Origin: Catajapyx aquilonaris
Taxonomy: Eukaryota
DNA: 32,307 nucleotides
NCBI GenBank assembly: GCA_000934665.2
Contig: KZ539154.1
Coordinates: 1-32,307, forward strand
Direction of reading: 5' to 3'
A model generated the notes under the pieces. That model did no database searches, was not told the origin of the DNA, and was given only the letters and a program-made list of their open reading frames with translations. How positions within the stretch are numbered: position 1 is the stretch's first letter; every line of letters begins with the position of its first letter. Of this stretch, positions 25,277-32,307 are shown piece by piece. The translations under genes and the position numbers were made by a program.

Positions 25277-25520
25277 GGGCGACACGGTGGCGGAGTGGTT
25301 AGCGCCGCAGGTCACGAGTTCGATCCCCGGGCCGGACGGAGGATTCTTATGTGGATAGAGTTTCGATGGGTTCTCTCCGTGTTCGCGTGGGTTTTCTCGG
25401 GGTTCTCCCGTTTCCTCCCGCTATCAAAATCCATCACAGCGCAGGAATGATTAAAGTCGGTTAAATAAAAGATGATCCCCTAAGAGGCCCAAGGTGGCCT
25501 AGCACGGGGTATCCATTATT
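25277..25520 (+). mobile_element. tRNA-derived SINE with V-SINE-like core
   Basis: Head GGGCGACACGGTGGCGGAGTGGTTAGCG (A box) and B box GTTCGATCC. The core GTTCTCTCCGTGTTCGCGTGGGTTTTCTCGGGGTTCTCCCGTTTCCTCCC resembles the V domain. ATT tail. TSD ATAGTAGGCTA(GA)TACAAT at 25256-25274 and 25521-25537. Confidence 0.85.
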
Positions 25521-26916
25521 ATAGTAGGCTATACAATACGAATACGGTATTACAGTATTTCATACTTGAATTCGAATCCTTTAATTACTCTGGCGGAAGA
25601 TTGACCTGGAGTTCTGACTCACCCTGTATTTATGGATCGAGTGTAGGGGGAAGTATTACAATAATAATACAACACCAATATCTAGAATATTTTTTAAAAA
25701 GGAATATATTATAGAATAGTGCATTTACAGCTCGGTGTACACTGAGGTGTACTGTGAATACTGTGAATTGCCCATGCGCGCCATCTCCTGCTACAACACA
25801 AAATCATTTGACCCCAAGGATCTATCACTGGGCCCTCTGTTGGGTAATAACGATATACATATACACTTGTTACGCCTAATATACAGTACTGACGAATCAT
25901 TTCTTGTTATTCTGTATACTATGACGGTAAAGGTATTGACCGATGACATTGGTTTTTTGCGGTGCCGGTAACCCGCAGACTTATGTCGCGCCTAAGGCCT
26001 AAAATATATGAAGCAGAAAGTTATGATCTCCTCTATTAGTTACATGAAACACTAGCTAGACTAGTCTACAGGGTGAAAACGCTTATCGTACCGTCGCTTT
26101 GGGAAATGATAGTGGGGTTCTATAGGGCGATCATTTTCAGTAGGCCTGTAGGCATCATGGGTCTCCACAGCATAGTTTCCGAGATAATATGCTTCAAACA
26201 CAAGGTACTGTATAAAATATCCTGGCACATATGTGTCCCTCCACGCGACCTTACCTTTACCATGCAATTTAATTCCCTTTAATCCCATTAGGTGTAGCAG
26301 GGAATGGCCTAGGACCTAGAGTCCTAGACGATGGAAGTGTCGTAAGCTGTATGTTATTAACTATAGTGCCGAATAGCCATCACGGGTTCATAAGGATAAT
26401 GCGAATCAGGGTATCAAGGTAACATTACACAAATGCGGTTGTCCAAACAACAGCCGACCTGCAAAGCGTAGTTGTTGCGTGAAAAATTTCCGGTAAAACG
26501 CGCGTGGATCCATTGTTTAAATTGGTGTAAGTTGATCTGATCAATCAGCTGCTCTATTGGGCTCCGAACTTCACCCTGCGATTGATTCGATAGTCTATTC
26601 ACTCTATTGTCGTCCATTCACACTTGTTTTTGTGCTAGAGATGCAACCCATCCGTAGTTAAACGAAATGGATACAGTAGTTCCTTTGGCTATTTAGGTTT
26701 TAAAAAATGGAAGCAATTTTATTCCAGATAATTGTCAAACAACAAATATGACAATATGTTTACGTAAATTTATTCCTTGAAATCAAGGCTCTAATGAGAC
26801 CTTAAGATTTATGCAGTATTCCAAAGGAAATGTCCGTTGAGGTTAGAAATACCCACTAAGCTGCTTACTATTAAGCAGTTAACTTAGAGGAACTTTTACT
26901 TGTAGACTTTAGACTG

Positions 26917-27090
26917 CAGTGGTTCCCAACCTGGGGGTCGCGCGTGGCCGCGGTTATTTTTATAAATTCAAAAATAAATAATATAAATTTTATAGGATTT
27001 CACCACGAAGGTTTTTTCAACACCTACTAACACTCGGGGGGGGGGGGGGGTCGAAGGTTACTTAACTTTCATAAAAGGGGGTCTCAACCC
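26917..27090 (+). mobile_element. hAT/Charlie-type MITE fragment
   Basis: Typical terminus CAGTGGTTCCCAACCTGGGGGTCGCG and internal GGGGTC repeats. No right TIR or TSD found. Confidence 0.55.
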
Positions 27091-27370
27091 TACTCTCATC
27101 CTTCCGCTACATATCCGTGTGTGCAGATCATATCGATAACTTTATTCGTTACAAAAATGTTCACATTTACATTTGTCACAACGTCACCCCGCAAATCAAG
27201 CAACCCCAATTTCAAGGTGGCCAAATTATTATGGGTTAGGACAAGACAGTATAACCGAGGGTTGCTTATAGCCGGGGCTGTTGTATCTGGAGTCGACTGT
27301 AATAATAAGAACAGTACCAGATGTTGATATTATAATCATAATAGCTTAATAATCATAATAATAGCATTTT

Positions 27371-27419
<49 letters not shown>

Positions 27420-27447
27420 CCACCACCACCACCACCATCATCATCAT
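27371..27447 (+). repeat. Compound trinucleotide microsatellite (AAC)n(CAC)n(CAT)n
   Basis: Directly visible. Confidence 0.97.
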
Positions 27448-27599
27448 GTTGTTCAGTGTGTCTCAGAAGGAAATGGGGCTGATGATCCTCACACCAGATG
27501 GGGAGCATCAAATTCCCTTTCTTCAGGTGAAGTGGTGATTCATGATACCCATGAGGATTATTGGTGGCCCAAATCCTGGGGTTTTAAGTTTCTAGCATT

Positions 27600-27722
27600 T
27601 GCTGTGATGACATTTGCTCAATAACATTGGAAGTGCATGTCATGAAAATTTCACTGATTTTCGTCCATTTACTTACGAGATATAAGAAAATTGTAGGCTT
27701 CGGTTCTGTAAGAATTACCCTG
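27600..27722 (-). mobile_element. Single end of a Tc1/mariner-type MITE
   Basis: The minus strand reads TA-CAGGGTAATTC...ATATCTCGTAAG...GTGAAATTTTC. No partner end found. Confidence 0.35.
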
Positions 27723-28497
27723 TACTATAGCCAAGACAGGGCCATGAAGATGTGGCAGTTGTAGGGAAGAGCTGTGTGCTCTGCTCGATTCTGCCCAACC
27801 CTGAGGTACCTGACTGTGAACAAGGCCACTTTTTGGCGACAATGGCCAGAAATGATTAACAAACATGCACCAAATCGAGTTTGGTCACACAAGCATTTAA
27901 CCTGAAGGTCAATCATGTGGATACTGGCAGAGGACAGATCTCAGAACATTAGTTTTTGGTGAAGTAGCATTGAGAAGGTGGCCACTGTCAGGGTGTTGAT
28001 ATTTTCCCCATATGTTTAAGCTCACCTCCCATAAAATTAAGAGCTGGTACCCTCTAACTGGTTCATCAGAGAGATCATTGTTCCCAGGCTAGGGATCCTT
28101 TTTGTAATCAGCATGACATCAGTAAAAGTGGAAATTTCACTCCTATTGATATAAAGAACATTCATAAGATTTTGCTCTGAAGGGATAAGAGTGTTCTTAT
28201 CTCTTCAGAGACTGTAGTTCCTGTACTTATGCAGGAACTACAGTTACGTACAAATAACTGACAATATTATAAATTATATACTTTTAAAACTAAACAAACT
28301 GCAAAATTATGCTCTGCTTATCTTCAAGGTTTTTCTGCTGAATTGTAGAAATGTAATACCATTATAACACCCAAACGCCAAACATGTTGGCTCAAAGTCA
28401 CCCCATCATCCTCCAACTTCTGGTATTTAGGCAAATACTGGCCAATTATATTATTATATTCCAAATAAACTTATTTTGCATTACACACCCCCACATA

Positions 28498-29613
28498 CAT
28501 TGGTCGTCCGAAAATTGAAGACCTATAGTAAAAAAGGTAGTAAGTGCCATTTTGGGAGAATGGAAAAAATAATGTTTTTCTCCTGGCATCACTATGGGGT
28601 GACATATGAAATAACATTCTATTGACTGCAAGAAAAACTACTTCGGGTTGCTTCTGGCACTTGACGCCTATTTTACAATATTGCCCTTGACATTTACTTT
28701 TGTTTTTACTGCATATCTCCATTTTCGCATTTTTGGCGCTTACTACCTTTTTTACTATAGGTCTTCAATTATTGGCAACACTATTTGCCACCCCTGACTG
28801 CTAAGACTGAATGTGGATAGGTGCTTTTAGAGTAAGCCATGGGGAGCCCCACAGTACCATTTTTTGCGAAGCAGTAGCAGCAGTATGTGCGGAGCAGTGC
28901 CTGTTCAAAGTGTACCCATTTACGTGAGGGCCCTAAGACAGCCCTGCTTCATCAAGATCCCTATTTCACGTGGGAATTATGCCAGACAGCACCATCATGG
29001 TTTTGTGCAGGAGTGTGGTGACTCTGCCTCTGTATCGTACCATTGCAATGTTGGTACAAGCTTTTAATGAAGAACCCCTCTCATACTGCAATAGACCTGA
29101 CTCATGTTGAAGCTGTGACATCTCTGTTGGATATGGACTGGCGATGGACCTATATACAATTGGCAAGGGAAATTGGAAAGCAGCATCAATATCTTAATAA
29201 TTGCAAGTTTGCAACATCATCTCTGCCTAGAAATTCACCTTAAGAGGAAGGATTTGTTGCAGAGGGGACCCATTGTCTTCCATGACAACCCTTGCTGTCA
29301 TGTGGCCATTGCAGTTCAGAAATTTTCTTCGGGAATGGGGATGGGAGCTGTTGGAACATCCCCCCTATTCATCTGACATGAGTACATGTGACTACAATCA
29401 ACTCCAAAAATGAAGGAACTACTACGTTACTTTCGTTTCTGTATGAGGGAAACATGTCTTAGGGTGGTCTCTGCGTGGCACCTCCACAAAAGACATTGCT
29501 GACGGCATTCGAAGCTTTTCAGAGATATCTATTTAATGTGAAATGTCCAAGTGTGTACCCATACTGATACGAAAATTACAGCAGTGTTGCCAATAATTAT
29601 CAAACAACCCTCG
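28498..29613 (+). mobile_element. Decayed, internally deleted mariner (DD34D-type) transposon
   Basis: Frameshifted transposase fragments: IKIPISRGNYARQHHHGFVQECGDSA, VEAVTSLLDMDWRWTYIQLAREIG, PIVFHDNPCCHVA and WGWELLEHPPYSSDMSTCDY (YSPDL-type motif). The right TIR ends ...GTTGCCAATAATTATCAAACAACCCTCG-TA. The left TIR is rebuilt (24/31 identity) after removing the MITE at 28517-28766. TA flanks both ends. Confidence 0.88.
28517..28766. mobile_element. 250-bp MITE with 28-bp perfect TIRs and AATT target duplication
   Basis: TIR GAAGACCTATAGTAAAAAAGGTAGTAAG occurs at both ends in inverted orientation. AATT lies at 28513-28516 and 28767-28770. Confidence 0.85.
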
Positions 29614-29768
29614 TATTATGAACCTGTGGTATGAATCAGATTTGTCTTGCACCACATTCATATGGAGTTGCAAATGAAATACACTACTGGATGCAGTGTC
29701 GTAGTGCTATGCTTTCTTAGCCCTCTCCCTACTAAGGCATTAAATGTGCTTTTTTTGACACCATAGGG

Positions 29769-30271
29769 CAGGGCTATTCACCTAGTTCATGACAAGGTCC
29801 AGTATTTATCTTTCCTGGGCCATTGAAGGTCCGGACCACCCCCCCCCCCCCTCCCCGGCTAAAGATATGGATTTTACATGGTACCACAGGTTTCATTTTT
29901 GAAAATAGAAACATGTGCACAAGGGTAGAAGGGCCTATCAAGACATGACATATTAATACATTTTCGGACTTTTATGATGTCCTGTAGAGGCACGTAGGCA
30001 GAAAGTATTTCGGAGGGGGGACCATTTCATAAGGACAAGGCGAACAAGCTGTAAAGGGGGGGGGGGGGGGTTCAAGGTCACACGAGCTTAGGTGAATGTG
30101 GGAGATTTGAATGGGTGTGTATTTGATAAAATTTGTAGCACTTTTTCCAAAAAAAATCATGAATTAGTCATTTCTAATGCTATTTCAAACTGTCCTGTAT
30201 ATCGTCGCGGTCCGGACAAAATTGCGCCGCGGTCTGGGTCCGGACCGCGGTCAGCCAATTGAATACCCCTG
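29769..30271. mobile_element. Non-autonomous hAT (Charlie-like) element
   Basis: TIRs CAGGGCTATTCA / TGAATACCCCTG (11/12). Perfect 8-bp TSD CCATAGGG at 29761-29768 and 30272-30279. Subterminal GGTCCGGAC repeats near both ends. Confidence 0.9.
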
Positions 30272-30607
30272 CCATAGGGATATGAAAATGTTTGGAATCA
30301 TGTATGATAGTACACTCTGATATGTACTCGCTTCGGCGGTACATATACTACTACTACACTCTGATATGTTGCAATTTTTGATGCCATGGAAGGGCACAAT
30401 TTTAAATGCATGAACAAAATTATGGTCCCATATGCCTAAGTCACCCCACGTTATGGGAAAAATAAATACTGTATGACAAAAAGCACTAGTACAATTATCT
30501 TGCATCTAGCAACATGGAATCACTTGATCCATAACTACTGTGCAACTTCTTCACACAACTCCTAACCAAGTAGGAGATGCATACCACATAATTATGTAGC
30601 TTATTAA

Positions 30608-30952
30608 GGGAGGCGAAGTGGCGCTGCGGTAACGTATGCGCCAATGGATGTTAAGGTCCCGGGATCAAATCCTGCCAGGGGTTCCCCCCTTCATCTCTTG
30701 CAGAGTTTGTTAGAGGTCGTCTCTGGCTTCGTCTTGGGTGGTAATAAGACAAACCACCAGGAGGAGTTCACAAAATGACCACAGCACTGACATTGCACTG
30801 CACTATGCAGTATGCACATCCCCTCCTGTCACCCTGCCCGTGGGCCAGGGCTTTCATTAAATAAGCACCAGGTACCATGTACACCAAACAACTCAAAATA
30901 TAATAAAGGTCCATGCGATATACCCCTGTAGGGGTGAAAGCATTACCCACAA

Positions 30953-31007
<55 letters not shown>
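30608..31007 (+). mobile_element. tRNA-derived SINE, family B, copy 2, with (ATT)n tail
   Basis: A box TGGCGCTGCGG and a degenerate B box GGATCAAATCC. Colinear with 24647-24986. 15-bp TSD TATGTAGCT(T/A)ATTAA at 30593-30607 and 31008-31022. Confidence 0.88.
30953..31007 (+). repeat. (ATT)n microsatellite, SINE tail
   Basis: Directly visible, and lies between the SINE body and its TSD. Confidence 0.97.
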
Positions 31008-31010
<3 letters not shown>

Positions 31011-31133
31011 GTAGCTAATTAAAGTCAAACCTGGCAGACTGCTCCTCACCATCTTCCAATATCCTTGAAGTTGAAGCCTCAAGATAGTGGAACAAAGGAC
31101 TGTGAATATACAAGTACTTGTATATAAAACGCA

Positions 31134-31139
31134 TTTATT
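31134..31139 (-). terminator. Polyadenylation signal AATAAA of the KIAA1143-like gene
   Basis: TTTATT on the + strand is AATAAA on the - strand, 12 nt after the TAG stop. Confidence 0.55.
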
Positions 31140-31151
31140 TCTATAAATATC

Positions 31152-31318
31152 CTAATCATCGTCATCGTCATCATCTGGACTAAATGACAACAAGCTTTTG
31201 TTACTTTGTTTCTTCTGGGTCTTAGACTTCTCCCGTGCTGCTGCTGGCTCCTCCTCACCGGCCTTCCTCTTTACTGGCTTTTTGAAGACAATTCTAGCAT
31301 CAGGTGCCACAGGTTTCT
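31152..31318 (-). CDS. KIAA1143: KIAA1143-like (DUF4604) protein, terminal coding exon
   Basis: Acceptor CTAATTTTTCAG|AG (phase 1). Translates to (E)KPVAPDARIVFKKPVKRKAGEEEPAAAREKSKTQKKQSNKSLLSFSPDDDDDDD*. The RIxFxKPVK motif and the LLSF + acidic tail match the KIAA1143 C-terminus as recalled. It is absent from the ORF track because it has no start codon. Confidence 0.85.
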
Positions 31319-32129
31319 CTGAAAAATTAGTACTGTCAATTGACTAAATTCCAACCTTGCAGTCCCTCCAAAAGTTCTAAGTAAATGACTCTATGAATTA
31401 TGTGGAATTATTTAAAGTAATGAATTTGTATAGTCGACTCCAGACATAAGAGACTTGCAGAAATCAGTTTCCTATAAGGTATAACCTCATTACCCTTAGA
31501 GTTATTACTTTTGTCTTTGGAGGTGTGGAAGTTTTGATGGGGTGGAATAGGCTGCGAAGATCTGTGACCAGTGGGGTTCCTGACTGAAATGTGATCCTTG
31601 CATTTAAGCCATCCGCATCCCATCCATTAAAATCTTTGTGGTATTAGTATCAGAGAAAGAAAGGAGGATCTCATGCCAGGGGAGGAGAACAGCATTCAGG
31701 GCCAACCCAGGTGGGGCATAAATTTTAAAAAGAAGATAAAGCAAACCAGTCATATCAGTAAAATTCGATATGGTATTGATGTGTCATTTGACAATAACAG
31801 TCTCGGCTTTAAGGAACGATTTACAAAAATTATCAGACCCCCTGATGCACGACCATACTTACAAGTTTTAATGGCTTTACGCTGAGAAAAAAACAACAAA
31901 GAAATCCATTAACCAAGGGAGATTAATAGTGTCCTTCATCCAAGTTTCGAGAAAACCAATAATTTGGGCCAAAGGGTTGATTTTTTGAGCATTTTCCCAC
32001 GCTGATAACACTTTTAGCCACGAGTCAGACTGCCATGCAGGAATAAAACTTATTGTTTTCATGTTTTGATTTATTTTTTACAGAACCTTAAATCATGTGT
32101 ATTTGCTGTTCAAGTTTGTCGAAGTGGGT

Positions 32130-32262
32130 ATTGTTTAGGGTCTGGGAACAGATTATTCCACTTTCCATGATATCTTATGGGGAAAATTGATTCGGACTTC
32201 GAACAATTCAGAGTTCGATGGCCTCCTGGAACGAATTAAGTTTGAAGAACGAGGCACCACTG
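32130..32262 (+). mobile_element. Right end of pogo/Tigger-like element
   Basis: ...CTTATGGGGAAAATTGATTCGGACTTCGAAC...GGAACGAATTAAGTTTGAAGAACGAGGCACCACTG-TA resembles Tigger-type termini with subterminal TTCG repeats. Confidence 0.6.
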
Positions 32263-32264
32263 TA

Positions 32265-32307
32265 AGGGGTCGTCCATATACCACGTGACCGCTTTGGGGG
32301 GAGGGGG
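32265..32307 (+). mobile_element. Left end of a GGGGTCGTCCATA-type MITE (cut by window end)
   Basis: AGGGGTCGTCCATATACCACGTGA. A related right-end motif, GCGTGGCGTACTTGATGGATCATCCCT, occurs at ~6687-6713. Confidence 0.45.

Larger units (their letters stand above)
24627..25626. mobile_element. Tc1/mariner-type MITE (~385 bp) interrupted by two SINEs
   Basis: TA-CAGGGT...ACCCTG-TA termini. The right TIR reverse complement CAGGGTGAGTCAGAACTCCAGGTCAATCT matches a left TIR split across 24627-24644 and 24985-25007. Confidence 0.8.

Noticed and set aside
396..32062. The short ORFs in the six-frame track
   Set aside because: Apart from 19676-19861 (peroxidasin) and the mariner fragments at 28864-29376, none has a recognisable domain. 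They are the chance ORFs expected in intronic DNA, and many use non-ATG starts.
1..32307. CRISPR array, operon or other prokaryotic/viral system
   Set aside because: No regularly spaced direct repeats and no long ORFs. Spliceosomal exons, SINEs and MITEs show that this is animal nuclear DNA.

Overview
This is eukaryotic genomic DNA, probably from an invertebrate animal. It is intron- and repeat-rich, and nearly all ORFs in the supplied track look spurious. Two real coding exons are supported, both on the minus strand. The first is the first coding exon of a peroxidasin (signal peptide plus LRR N-cap, 19680-19843), followed by an intron that apparently runs >19.6 kb off the left end of the window. 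The second is the last exon of a KIAA1143/DUF4604-like gene (31152-31318), with a poly(A) signal right after the stop. The rest is intronic or intergenic DNA carrying many transposon relics: two to three tRNA-derived SINE families (one V-SINE-like), Tc1/mariner- and hAT-type MITEs, a decayed mariner, long foldback palindromes and microsatellites. I see no convincing new protein-coding system. The most notable structures are nested insertions that can be reconstructed from their TSDs: a MITE at the exact axis of a loop-less palindrome, and two cases of an element landing inside another element's TIR. There are also two back-to-back hairpins and candidate enhancer motif clusters in the peroxidasin intron. 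All family assignments come from recalled motifs, not database searches.
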